The notes: generated by a model not told the origin, from the letters alone. 64,000 bases of DNA from an uncultured bacterium (GCA_963695095.1 CAVOFT010000001.1:1984001-2048000); one strand, 5' to 3'; shown: positions 1 through 11,461, numbered from the stretch's first letter. Made by a program: numbers and translations.

Positions 1-1425
1 AACTTCATGTCGATCTTGGGGCCGTAGAAGACCGCCTCGCCCTCCATGCGCTTGACCGGGAGCTGGACCCGGTTCACCGCCTCGCGGAGCGCGTGCTCCG
101 CGGCTTCCCATTCCTCGTCCGTGCCGATGTACTTGCCCGGATTGCCGGGGTCGCGCACGCTCAGCTCGGCGCGAAACTCCGTGAACCCGAAGGAGCGCTG
201 CAGCTCCTGGGCGAAGACGATCAGGGCCGTCACCTCGTCGACGAGCTGCTGGGGCCGGCAGAAGATGTGCGCGTCGTCCTGGGTGAAGCCGCGCACGCGC
301 AGGAGGCCGTGCAGGGTGCCGCTGCGCTCGTAGCGGTAGACGGTGCCCAGCTCGGCGATCCGCAGGGGCAGCTCGCGATAGCTCTTGAGATCGTTCTGGA
401 AGATCAGGATGTGGCCCGGGCAGTTCATCGGCTTGACCACGTAGAGCTGATCGTCCTGCTCGAAGGTGTACATGTTGTCCGCGTAGAAATCGAGGTGCCC
501 GCTGGTCCGCCACAGCTCGCCCCGGAAGATGTGCGGGGTGACCACGAGCTGGTAGTCGCGCTGCTTGTGCTCGGCTTTCCAGTGGTTCTCGATCACCTCA
601 CGGAGGATGGCGCCCTTGGGGTACCAGAAGGCGAGACCGCCGCCCGCTTCCTCCTTGATGCCGAAGAGCCCCAGCTGCTGGCCCAGCTTCCGGTGGTCTC
701 GCTTGGCCGCCTCCTCGAGCACGTGCAGGTAGTTCTCGAGATCCTTGGCCTTGAACCAGCTCGTGCCGTAGATGCGCTGCAGCTGCTCGCGCTGCTCGTC
801 GCCCTTCCAGTACGCGCCGGCCACGCTCATCAGCTTGAAAGCCTTGATCAGCCCGGTGTCGGGCACGTGGGGCCCGCCGCAGAGATCGACGAAGGCCCCC
901 ACCGTGTAGAAGGAGATCGGCGTCTGGGCCGGCAGCTCCCCCACGTGCTCGACCTTGAAGGGCTGTCCGTGCTCGCGGAAGAACTGCGCGGCCTCGTCGC
1001 GGGGCAGCACCCGCTTGGCGAAGGGCAGCTTGCTGCCGCGCCAGTTCCTTCATCTTGACCTCGATGCGCTCGAGGTCCTCCGGCGTGAAGGCGCGCTCGA
1101 CGAGGATGTCGTAGTAGAAGCCGTTCTCCACGTCGGGGCCGAAGGCGAACTTCGCTTCCGGATACAGCTCCTGCACCGCCCAGGCCATCAGGTGCGCCGT
1201 GCTGTGGCGCAGCACCTTGAGGCTATCCTCGTCCTGCTCGGTGAGCACCTCGAAGCGGCCGCTGCTGTCGATCTCGCTGTGCAGATCCAGCAGGCGCCCG
1301 TCGAGCCTGACGGCGACGGCCCGGCGCAGCAACCCCTCGCTCACCGCGCGGATCGCATCGGTCACGGGCAGCGGGGCGGCCAGGGTCAGGGTCGCATCGT
1401 CCGGTAGCGTCAATGTCACGGTCAT
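1..1425 (-). CDS. thrS: Threonine--tRNA ligase (runs off the left edge; one apparent 1-nt insertion frameshift near 1032)
   Basis: TGS-like start MTVTLTLPDD, then LRHSTAHLMA and GFYYD. After the frame change: DLCGGPHVPDTG, RDHRKLG, KPMNCPGH, YRYERSGTLHGLLRVRGFTQDDAHIF. Confidence 0.97.
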
Positions 1426-1461
1426 GTCGGTCCTCACTACGATAGAGGTGCCGCGTGCGGA

Positions 1462-1488
1462 GAGGGCCAGACCTCTGGCCTGGCCCTC
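1462..1488 (-). terminator. GC-rich hairpin between tRNA-Val and thrS (processing or weak terminator; no U-tract)
   Basis: GAGGGCCAG-N9-CTGGCCCTC, a perfect 9-bp inverted repeat. Confidence 0.45.
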
Positions 1489-1497
1489 GGCGGTCGG

Positions 1498-1571
1498 TGG
1501 GCGCTGCTGGGATCGAACCAGCGACCTCATGCGTGTCGAGCATGCACTCTAACCAGCTGAGCTAAGCGCCC
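1498..1571 (-). tRNA. tRNA-Val(GAC)
   Basis: Reverse complement GGGCGCTTAGCTCAGCTGGTTAGAG...CATGC-TC-GAC-AC-GCATG...GGTTCGATCC...AGCGCCCA folds as a cloverleaf. Followed by CCG, not CCA. Confidence 0.97.
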
Positions 1572-1583
1572 GTAGCTGCGTAC

Positions 1584-1613
1584 GATATAATCGAGGTGTC
1601 CCCCGGCTGTCAA
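1584..1613 (-). promoter_or_regulatory. Sigma-70-type promoter for tRNA-Val/thrS
   Basis: Perfect TTGACA (1608-1613), 17-18 nt spacer, AT-rich TTATATC -10-like element about 13 nt upstream of the tRNA. Confidence 0.65.
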
Positions 1614-1621
1614 GGGGGTGG

Positions 1622-2696
1622 CTAGGCGACGGGCACGGCTTCGCCGACGATGCGCAGGCGCGGCGCGCCCTTGCGGAAGCTCAGCGCCCCGTCGGCGCCG
1701 AGGTCGACGTGCAGGTGGTCGCCGTAGCGAAGCTGCCCGGTCGCCACCAGGTTCGCCAGCGGGTAGACGAGGTAGCGCTCGATCGCCCGCTTGATGTGCC
1801 GGGCGCCGTACTTGCGATCGACGCCCTCCGCGAGCAAGAAGCCCTTGCCGGCATCGCTGAGCTCGAAGGAGAACTTGACGTCGCCGGCGGCCTGCATGAT
1901 CCGCCGCTGGAGCTGGGCCAGCTCGATATCGAGGATGCGCCGGACGTGCTCCTCGTTGAGGTTGCGAAAGACGACGACACTGTCGATGCGGTTCATGAAT
2001 TCCGGCGAGAACTTCCGCCGCGCGGCGTCGAGCACGGTGGCGTAGATCTGGTGATCGAAGTCGGGATCGGCGGTCGCTCCCCGCGGATCGCCGAAGCCGA
2101 TGCCGCCGGCGAAGAGCTTGTCGATGCGATCAGCGCCGATGTTGCCGGTCATGTAGATGACCGTGCGCGTCATGTCCACTTCGGTGTTGTCGCCGAGCGT
2201 CAGGCGCCCCTTGTCGAGGATGCCGAGCAGGAGGCTCCAGAGCGTGTCGCTGGCTTTTTCGATCTCGTCGAAAAGGATGAAGGTGAAGTCCATCTCCGGC
2301 GTGCGATAGCGCTCCAGGTTCGTCTGCGAGAAATAGGGCGTCGTTTCGCGGTGGCCCGAGATAGCCGGGCGGCGAACCGATCAGGCGGCTGATCTCGTGG
2401 CTGTGGGCGTACTCGGCGCAGTCCACCTTGAGCACCGCGTGCGCGGTGCCGAAGAGGATCTCGCTGGCCGCTTCGACGATGCGCGTCTTGCCGCTGCCCG
2501 TGGGGCCGAGGAAGAGGAAGTTCCCGATCGGGCGATTGGGAGGGAACAGGCCGGCGAGGAAGATCTGATAGAGGCGCGCGATGCGCTCCACGGCCCGATC
2601 CTGCCCGACGATCCGCTCGCGCAACTGCTGTTCGAAGCGCTCGGCAGCAAGCGACTTTTTCGTGGGATCCAGGATGCTCTTCGTTGCGGTGCTCAC
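1622..2696 (-). CDS. Stand-alone ClpA/ClpB-type NBD2 (D2-only) AAA+ ATPase with IGF loop; one apparent frameshift near 2355
   Basis: GTG start with AGGAGG SD. Motifs IVGQDRA, GPTGSGKT (Walker A), GSPPGYLG (pore loop), ILFDEIEK (Walker B), MTGNIG, GGIGFG, FSPEFMNRID, GARHIKR. No N-domain, NBD1 or M-domain. Confidence 0.9.
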
Positions 2697-2733
2697 GATG
2701 CGGGGACCTCCTGCTGCCGTTCCGGCGGGCATC

Positions 2734-2750
2734 AGCAAGCGGCCTGCCAA
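2734..2750 (-). promoter_or_regulatory. Sigma-54 (-24/-12) promoter of the D2-only AAA+ gene
   Basis: TTGGCAGGCCGCTTGCT: GG-N10-GC with TTGC, about 20 nt upstream of the SD. Confidence 0.75.
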
Positions 2751-2973
2751 GGTCAGCCCTGCCCACCGGGCCGGGAAGCACGAGAAATCCTCGGCCAAGC
2801 CGAACCACATCTGATTGGCATTGCCCGGCTTCGCCACCGGACCCGCAGTGCCGAGCTGTCCCGCTCGCGGGAATGAAATGCCCGCAGCCAGGCGCAGGCG
2901 CCGCAGGCAGCATTTCATCGCGCACGGTGTTGCAATGCCCGGCTGCAATATCCAATGCTCGCGCAGCAACGCG

Positions 2974-3007
2974 AAAGGCGGGCACCGCCCTGGGGCAGCA
3001 CCCGCCT
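2974..3007 (-). terminator. Intrinsic terminator after dnaK
   Basis: AGGCGGGTGCTGCC-CCAG-GGCGGTGCCCGCCT-TT. Long stem whose G-U pairs form only on the minus strand; about 20 nt after the dnaK stop. Confidence 0.65.
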
Positions 3008-3028
3008 CTCTGCACCCTGGCGCCAGGT

Positions 3029-4930
<1,902 letters not shown>

Positions 4931-4975
4931 GACCTCTCCTTCCCCGTAGGGATCGCTCGTTTCCAGGACTGCATA

Positions 4976-4991
4976 GGGAAGAGTCGTGCCA
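4976..4991 (-). promoter_or_regulatory. Sigma-54-like promoter of dnaK (perfect -24, variant -12)
   Basis: TGGCACGACTCTTCC: TGGCAC-N5-TTCC instead of TTGC, 46 nt upstream of the ATG. Confidence 0.45.
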
Positions 4992-5213
4992 GCCTGGCAA
5001 CATCCGAGAAACGGCCCTAACTAACTGCAATCATGCCGCCTAGGGGGCCGGCCTCCGGCTGCGCTCTCAGCGGGCCAAGCCTGGTCGGCCAATCTGGCGC
5101 TTTCACTGCCAGGATGTCGCGCCACGGATTGCCGCCCTGTCCGCCCTGGCAGTCAGGCCTTGTCTCGGCGACAAGCCGGGGATACCCTGCCGGCGACGCC
5201 TCAGGAGGGCTCC

Positions 5214-6569
5214 GTGAAAGCACCACCTTGGACCCTGGGCCGCAGCGGCGTGAAGCTCGTCGACTGCTTCCGGCGCACGGATGCCCTGGCCGTCTATCCG
5301 GTTCTGATGGCCGCCGAGCGCAGTGCGGCCGCCGAGCAGCAAGAGCGGCAGTGGGCTGCCCTGCGCGCCCTCATCGAGCATGCCTGCCGCCGCGTGCCCT
5401 ACTACCGACGCCTCTTTCGCGAACGGGGCCTCGAGCCCGAGGATTTCCGCGAGCCCGGGGATCTGGCCCTGCTGCCCCGGCTCACCAAGGAAATCATCCG
5501 AGCCGAGGGCGAGGCCATGCTGGCCGAGAACTGGCGCTCCTATCAGCCCCGGCCGAAGGCGACGAGCGGGTCCACCGGCGTGCCACTGCGCTACTGGATC
5601 GATCGGCGCAGCCACAGCTACCACTGGGCCGCCATCTGGCGGGCCTGGGCACTGAGCGGGTTCAGGCCCGGCGACCGCTGGGCCGCGCTCTCGGGCGGGG
5701 CGCTGGTACCCGATCACGTCGACTTCAAGCAGAGCCTCTATCTCTGGCTCAATGGCGCCTTGCACTTGCCCAGCTACCACCTCAGCGAGGAACTCCTGGA
5801 GCGCTATGCCCGCCTGCTCGCGCGCCGGCCCCTGCCGCTGCTCTACGCCTATCCGAGCAGCCTGCGTCTCTTCGCTCGCTACCTGGCCCAGAGCGGACGC
5901 CGAATCGCCATCCAGCACTTCTTCACGACCAGCGAAGTCCTGCCCCCCGCCTGGCGCCGCGAGATCGAAGCGGCCACCGGCGGCCGGGTGCACGATATCT
6001 ACGGCAACAACGACGGCGGCATCCTCGCCTGGGAATGCGAGGAGCACAGCGGCTACCATCTCAACATGGAAGGCGCCTTCGTCGAGATCGTCGACGAGGA
6101 GGACCGGCAGCTGTCGGTGGGCCAGTCAGGCGAGATCCTGAGCACGAATCTCCTGAACTACGCCATGCCCTTCCTGCGCTATGCGCCCGGCGACGCGGGC
6201 AGCCTCGCCCCGGCCGGCTGCGCCTGCGGCCGCAGTCTACAGCGCCTGGCGGGCATCGAGGGCCGCATCCGCGACGTGATCGTGACCGGCTCCGGACGGC
6301 AGGTGCACGGCGCCTTCTTCAACCACTTCGAGCCCTTCTACCGCGCCGAGTGGCTCGAGGCCTTTCAGGTTCACCAGCAAGAGCCCGGCGCGCTTCGCCT
6401 GCTGCTGAAGTCGAATCGCCCTCCCCGGCCGCTGGAACTGGACGCCCTGCGCGCCGCCCTCGTCCAGGGACTTGGGGTGGAGACGCGGATCGATCTCGTG
6501 CTCGTTGATGAGATTCCCCGGGGCAAAGCCGGGAAGCATCGGCTGATCGTCTCGGAGCTTGCGGATTAG
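5214..6569 (+). CDS. Phenylacetate--CoA ligase family / CapK-like adenylate-forming protein
   Basis: GTG start after AGGAGG. VPYYRRLF, LPRLTKEIIR, TSGSTG P-loop, YAYPSSL, MPFLRY..GD, GKHRLI. Confidence 0.88.
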   Translation: MKAPPWTLGRSGVKLVDCFRRTDALAVYPVLMAAERSAAAEQQERQWAALRALIEHACRRVPYYRRLFRERGLEPEDFREPGDLALLPRLTKEIIRAEGEAMLAENWRSYQPRPKATSGSTGVPLRYWIDRRSHSYHWAAIWRAWALSGFRPGDRWAALSGGALVPDHVDFKQSLYLWLNGALHLPSYHLSEELLERYARLLARRPLPLLYAYPSSLRLFARYLAQSGRRIAIQHFFTTSEVLPPAWRREIEAATGGRVHDIYGNNDGGILAWECEEHSGYHLNMEGAFVEIVDEEDRQLSVGQSGEILSTNLLNYAMPFLRYAPGDAGSLAPAGCACGRSLQRLAGIEGRIRDVIVTGSGRQVHGAFFNHFEPFYRAEWLEAFQVHQQEPGALRLLLKSNRPPRPLELDALRAALVQGLGVETRIDLVLVDEIPRGKAGKHRLIVSELAD

Positions 6570-6594
6570 GGGTCCTGGCCGCCACTCCCCGCGG

Positions 6595-6676
6595 TGCCGG
6601 AGCCGGGACTCGAACCCGGATGGCTTGCACCGGGGGATTTTAAGTCCCCTGCGTCTGCCCGTTCCGCCACTCCGGC
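6595..6676 (-). tRNA. tRNA-Leu(TAA)
   Basis: GCCGGAGTGGCGGAACGGGCAGACGC-AGGGGA-CT-TAA-AA-TCCCC, variable arm, GGTTCGAGTCC...CTCCGGCA. Followed by CCG. Confidence 0.96.
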
Positions 6677-6690
6677 CCAAGATTCTGCGG

Positions 6691-6761
6691 AGGCGGCACC
6701 CGGATTCGAACCGGGGATAGCGGTTTTGCAGACCGTCGCCTTACCCCTTGGCTATGCCGCC
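6691..6761 (-). tRNA. tRNA-Cys(GCA)
   Basis: GGCGGCATAGCCAAGGGGTAAGGC...CT-GCA-AA...GGTTCGAATCCGGGTGCCGCCT; U discriminator. Followed by CCG. Confidence 0.97.
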
Positions 6762-6809
6762 TGAAATCCGAGACCCCCTCCTCACCGGAGGCGATGTGCC
6801 CGTGCGATC

Positions 6810-6884
<75 letters not shown>

Positions 6885-6897
6885 CCAAGACCTGCTA

Positions 6898-6926
6898 TGA
6901 ATAGGACAAAGCCCCGGCACTGTCAA
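6898..6926 (-). promoter_or_regulatory. Sigma-70 promoter of the Gly-Cys-Leu tRNA operon
   Basis: TTGACA-17 nt-TATTCA, 13 nt upstream of tRNA-Gly. Confidence 0.7.
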
Positions 6927-8495
6927 GTGGCCAGGGCTGGGCCGGAACTCGAATCCCGGGCTTGGCTACTGCGAATCCGCGCCAGCAAGCGAGCGACCTC
7001 TGTGTCCTGCCCCCGTCGCGCGGCCAGGGCCGCCGCGTAGAGCAGAAGATAGTCGCCGGCGCTGCGCTCCCAGCTGAAATCCAGCGCCATGATCCGCTGG
7101 CGCACGGCGAGCAGCGCCTGCGGCCGGTCATGCAGGGCGAGCGCAGCCTCGATGGCGGCCAGGAGTTGCTCGGCCTCCGGCTCCTCGAAAACGAAACCGC
7201 GGCCGCCCTCCGGATCGCTCGCCAGATCGCTGACCGTATCGGCCAGCCCGCCCGTCTCGCGGACGATCGGCAGGGTGCCGTAGCGCATGCTGTAGAGCTG
7301 ATTCAGGCCACATGGCTCGTAGCGGCTGGGCATCAGGAAGAAGTCCGCCCCGGCCTCGATCCGGTGCGCGAGCGCCTCGTCGAACCTCAGGACAACTTTG
7401 ACCTTATCCGGGTAATCCACTGCCATAGCAGTAAATATGGCTTCAATCTCAGGGCTGCCGCTGCCCAGGACGGCAAGCTGGAGCGGCAGGGCCATCAGCG
7501 CTTCGGCGATGGGCCCGAAGAGGTCGAAGCCCTTCTGGTGGACCAGCCGCGAGACGATGCCCAGCAGCGGCCGCTCGGGGCGCTGGGGTAGCCCAAACTC
7601 CGCCTGGAGCGCCGCCTTGTTCGCGGCCTTGCCCGCGGTGACCGTGGCCTCGCTGTAGGTCTGGGCGAGCCAGGGATCGCCGGCCGGCGACCAGGCCGCC
7701 GTATCGATGCCGTTGAGGATCCCCACGAGGCGATCCCGCCGCAAGGCCAGCACGCCCTCCAGGCCATGGCCGTACTCGGGCAGGCTGGCGATCTCCTCCG
7801 CATAGCGCGGGCTCACGGTGGCCACCAGGTCCGCCCCCAGGATGCCCGCCTTCATGCAGTTGAGCTGTCCCCAGAACTCCCAGGCGCTGCCGTAACCGGC
7901 CTCGTGGGGCGAGAGCCCCGCCCGGGCCAGGAGGGGCAAGGGGAATGAGTCCCTGGTAGGCCAGGTTGTGGATGCTGAAGACGGTCGCCGCCCCCGCGAG
8001 CGCCGGGCTCTGCCCCCAGTGCCGATCACGCAGGAGCGGCAGGGTCCCGCTGTGGAAGTCATTGCTGTGGAGGATGTCGAGCGGCTCCCTGCGCGCGGCC
8101 AGCCAGTCGAGGGCGGCCACCCCGAAGGCCAGGAAGCGCTCGCCATCATCGGGGAAGGCCTTGCCGGAGTCCGGGTCGGTGTAGACGCCCGGGCGATCGA
8201 AGTAGCGCGGGATGTCGATCGCGACCACCTCCAGGCCCCGCGCCAGCTCCAGCGTCCAGGCGCGGTAGCGCGAGGGCGCTCCCGCCGGCTGGAAGGGGAT
8301 GGGGCCCTCGTGGTCGGACTGGAAGTCGTGTCCGCCCCTGCGCACCACCTGATGCATGGGCAAGATGAGGCGCAGCACATGGCCGCGCGCGGCCAGCGCC
8401 TGGGGCAGCGCGCCGGCCACATCGCCGAGCCCCCCCACCTTGGCGAAGGGGAGCGCCTCCGCGGTGACGAAAGCGATGTGCAGGGACGGCTTCAC
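6923..8495 (-). CDS. glgA: Glycogen synthase (GT5); one apparent frameshift near 7950
   Basis: AEALPFAKVGGLGDV and FSIHNLAYQG, then in the other frame TVSPRYAEEI, GILNGID, SRLVHQKG, MPSRYEPCGLNQL, TGGLADTV. Confidence 0.93.
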
Positions 8496-8503
8496 CGGAG
8501 GCG

Positions 8504-9517
8504 CTAGTCCGAGTCCGGCGGGCTGAGCTCGAGCCGGCGCAGATACTCCGCGGCGTCCTCGGGCGGCGTCGGGTTGATGTAGAAGCCGCTCCCCCATTCG
8601 AAGCCCGCGACCTTCGTCAGCTTCGGCATCAGCTCGAGGTGCCAGTGGAAGTGCCAGTCGGCGCCGGTGTTGATGGGCGCCGTATGCAGGACGTAGTTGT
8701 AGGCGGGCTGATCCAGCGCCAGGTTCAGCTTGCGCAGGACCGTGCTCAGAACGCGGGCCAGGTCCAGGCGCGCGGCCTCGCCCATCCGATGGAAGTGGGG
8801 CTCGTGCCGGCGGGGCAGGATCCAGGTCTCGAAGGGAAAGCGCGCCGCGAAGGGCGAAATGACGAGGAAGTGCTCGCTCTCCATGATGATGCGCTGGCCG
8901 TCGAAGAGCTCCTGGTCGATGATGTCGCAGAAGATGCAGCGCTCCTTGATCTCGAAGTGCCGCCGTGTGCCTTCGAGCTCCTCGACCACGCGCTTGGGGA
9001 TGATCGGCGTTGCGATCAGCTGCGTATGCGAGTGCTCGAGGCTGGCGCCCGCCTCCTCCCCGTGGTTCTTGAACACGAGGATGTAGCGGAAGCGAGCGTC
9101 CTGGGCCAGGTCGATCTGTCGGAGCTGGTAGACCTCCAGCACGGCGGCGATCTGCGCCACGCTCAGGTCGGCGAAGCTGCGGTTGTGCTCCGGCGAATCG
9201 ATGATCACTTCATGGGCGCCGATGCCGTCGACGACGTCATAGAGCCCGACGCCGCGCCGCTTCAGCTCGCCTTCGATGATCAGGGCCGGGAACTTGTTCG
9301 GGACCACGCGCACCTGCCAGCCGGGCGTGTCCCGCTCGCCCCGCGGGCGCAGGGCGAAGATCTCCGGCGGCGTCTTGTCCTCGTTGCCGGGACAGAAGGG
9401 GCAAAAGCCGCCGTGACTGACCGGAGACCGATGCGGAAAGTCCATCGGTCGCTTGCCGCGTTCGCTGGCGATGATCACCCAGCGGCCGACGACGGGATCC
9501 TTGCGTAGCTCAGGCAT
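8504..9517 (-). CDS. galT: GalT-family hexose-1-phosphate nucleotidyltransferase (galactose-1-P uridylyltransferase / ADP-glucose phosphorylase-like)
   Basis: MPELRKDPVVGRWVII, CPFCPGNE, PNKFPAL, GASLEHSHTQ (HxHxQ), AGFEWGSG. Confidence 0.9.
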   Translation of the reverse strand: MPELRKDPVVGRWVIIASERGKRPMDFPHRSPVSHGGFCPFCPGNEDKTPPEIFALRPRGERDTPGWQVRVVPNKFPALIIEGELKRRGVGLYDVVDGIGAHEVIIDSPEHNRSFADLSVAQIAAVLEVYQLRQIDLAQDARFRYILVFKNHGEEAGASLEHSHTQLIATPIIPKRVVEELEGTRRHFEIKERCIFCDIIDQELFDGQRIIMESEHFLVISPFAARFPFETWILPRRHEPHFHRMGEAARLDLARVLSTVLRKLNLALDQPAYNYVLHTAPINTGADWHFHWHLELMPKLTKVAGFEWGSGFYINPTPPEDAAEYLRRLELSPPDSD

Positions 9518-9528
9518 CGGAATCCCGC

Positions 9529-10116
9529 CTAGCGCTCAAAAATCCAGGAGTCCTTGTAGCCCGCTTCGATGAGCATCCGTCTGAGGGCGACCGCCTCGTC
9601 GCGCCCGGCATAGCCGCCCACGAGCACCTTGTAGAAGGGATCCAGCCACAGGATGCGCACCGGCTGCTCGAGCTGGGCGTCGGCGGACAGGGCATGCTCC
9701 TCTGCGCTCGGCCGGCTGGGGCTGGCGAAGATCTGCACGTAGAAGAGCGGCGTGGACGGCGCGCTCGAGGCCGTCTCCACGGGCGGCGGCGTCGCCGCCG
9801 GCGGGGCGCTCGGCGCCGCGGCGGGGGGCACGGCTGCCCCGGCAGCAGCTGGGGGCGCGGCGCTGGCCGCCGCTTCTTCCAAGGCGAAGGTCTCGTCGAG
9901 CACAGGCAGGTCGGGCTCGGCGAGCACGGCATCGGCCTCCGCGGGCGGAGGCGGCTCCTCGGCGAGGAAGTCGTAGGTCAGCGTATCGCTGGCGGCGCTG
10001 CTCACTTCCGCCACCGGCTCCATGTCCAGCCACGGATCGGCATGAAAGGTCTGCTTCGGGCTGCAGGCGGCCACCAGGACGCAGCCGCCCAGCAGGATCA
10101 TGACGCCTTTGCGCAT
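9529..10116 (-). CDS. SPOR-domain lipoprotein
   Basis: Lipobox VAAC, Pro/Ala linker, C-terminal FYVQIFA...YKVLVGGY...GYKDSWI SPOR pattern. Confidence 0.85.
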   Translation of the reverse strand: MRKGVMILLGGCVLVAACSPKQTFHADPWLDMEPVAEVSSAASDTLTYDFLAEEPPPPAEADAVLAEPDLPVLDETFALEEAAASAAPPAAAGAAVPPAAAPSAPPAATPPPVETASSAPSTPLFYVQIFASPSRPSAEEHALSADAQLEQPVRILWLDPFYKVLVGGYAGRDEAVALRRMLIEAGYKDSWIFER

Positions 10117-10210
10117 CGGTCTCGCCTCCCTCTGCTGACCGCCCATGGCGATGAGCGGCGGCAGGATAGCAACCGCCCCCAGGGCTGGCAACAGGATTCC
10201 CCCCGCCCGC

Positions 10211-11461
10211 TCAGGCGGAGAGCAGGGATGCGTAGAGGCCCAGCGTTTGCGCGAGCACCGCGTCCGGCGCGAAACGGCTGCGCGCGTCCCGATACGCGGC
10301 CCGACCCCGCTGTTCGCGCGCGGCGGCATCGCTTGCCCAGTCGGCGATCGCCGCCTGGAGGGAATTCGAATCCCCGGCGCGAAAGACCCAGCCCGTCAGG
10401 CCATCCTGGACGAGTTCGGGTGTGCCGCCCAGATCGCTCGCGATGATGGCCCGGCCGAGAGCCAGCGACTCCAGCACGGACAGCGGCGCGTTCTCGTACC
10501 ATTCGCTGGGCAGGACGCAGCCGTCGGCGGCGAGGATGAGGGCAGGCACTTCTGCCCGCGGCTGCCGGCCGAGCCAGCGCAGGCGCTCGCCGAGCCGAAG
10601 CTCGGCGGCCAGGCGCCGCAGCGCCGGCTCCGCAGGGCCGTCGCCGACGAGCTGCAGCTCGATGGGCTGCGGGCAAGCGGCCACCGCCTTCAGCAGGGTG
10701 GCCAGGCCCTTCTCGGCGCTGATCCGGCCCACCCATAGCAAGACCGGGCGAGCTTGCGTGGGCGGTGGCAGGTAAGGCGCCGCCAGCACCTCCGTGGCCA
10801 AGGGGAGCGCATTGGGCAGCCAGCTGATGCGCGCGGCCGGCAGGCCGCCGACGATCATCTGTTCGCGCAGAAAGCGGCTGGGCGCCGTATAGTGCGTGAC
10901 GCCGCGGCGGTAGCTGCCGAGCAGACGATGCAGAACGGCCTCTGCGAAGAGGACGCTGCTGGCTGCGAGCGAGCCATCCTTGCAGCGATGGCCGAGCAGC
11001 GGCAGCGGCCAGCGGCCGCGACAGGCCAGGCAGGGCCGGCCCTCGCGCAGGCAGGTGTAGATCGGGCAGAGCAGCTTGTAGTCGTGCAGGGTGAGCAGGA
11101 CGGGAATGCCCCGCGCCCGCGCGGGACCCAGGATGGCCGGCGTGAGCTGATGGTAGATGTTGTGCGCGTGGATGAGCTGCGGCCGGCGCCGATCCAGGAG
11201 CGCCGCGAAGCGGCGCCGCGCGTCCGCGTTGTACACCGTGCGCAGGGCCTCGCCCGCCTTGCGCGCCAGTGAGCGGGGCGCGTGGTAGTCGATGGCGGGC
11301 ACCCAGAGGTCGGCATCGGGCGAGGGGACATTGCGGGGATCGGCCATGCCGAACAGGCCGACCTCGTGCCCGTCTGCGCGCAGGGCATCCGTCAGACCGA
11401 GGCAGACGATCTCCGCGCCGCCCTTGGGGTAGAGGAACTTGTTCACCTGGAGGATGCGCAT
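10211..11461 (-). CDS. Glycosyltransferase family 4
   Basis: MRILQVNKFLYPKGGAE, LHDYKLLCP, GRISAEKG, PSEWYENAPLSVLES. Confidence 0.92.
   Translation of the reverse strand: MRILQVNKFLYPKGGAEIVCLGLTDALRADGHEVGLFGMADPRNVPSPDADLWVPAIDYHAPRSLARKAGEALRTVYNADARRRFAALLDRRRPQLIHAHNIYHQLTPAILGPARARGIPVLLTLHDYKLLCPIYTCLREGRPCLACRGRWPLPLLGHRCKDGSLAASSVLFAEAVLHRLLGSYRRGVTHYTAPSRFLREQMIVGGLPAARISWLPNALPLATEVLAAPYLPPPTQARPVLLWVGRISAEKGLATLLKAVAACPQPIELQLVGDGPAEPALRRLAAELRLGERLRWLGRQPRAEVPALILAADGCVLPSEWYENAPLSVLESLALGRAIIASDLGGTPELVQDGLTGWVFRAGDSNSLQAAIADWASDAAAREQRGRAAYRDARSRFAPDAVLAQTLGLYASLLSA

Noticed and set aside
1025..1040. Programmed ribosomal frameshifting in thrS (also at about 2355, 7950, 51981 and 59747)
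   Set aside because: No slippery heptamer or shared stimulatory structure; single-base insertions scattered in unrelated genes fit sequencing error better.
4960..5000. CIRCE (HrcA operator) upstream of dnaK
   Set aside because: Only a TGGCAC half-like sequence is present; no TTAGCACTC-N9-GAGTGCTAA dyad.
6595..6676. bldA-like regulation through tRNA-Leu(UAA) in a GC-rich genome
   Set aside because: The tRNA sits in the ordinary Gly-Cys-Leu operon, and I did not establish any TTA-codon pattern.
9740..9880. GC-rich quasi-repeats in the SPOR gene (and 26560-27100 in the ExeA gene)
   Set aside because: Low-complexity Pro/Ala linkers, not DNA repeat arrays.
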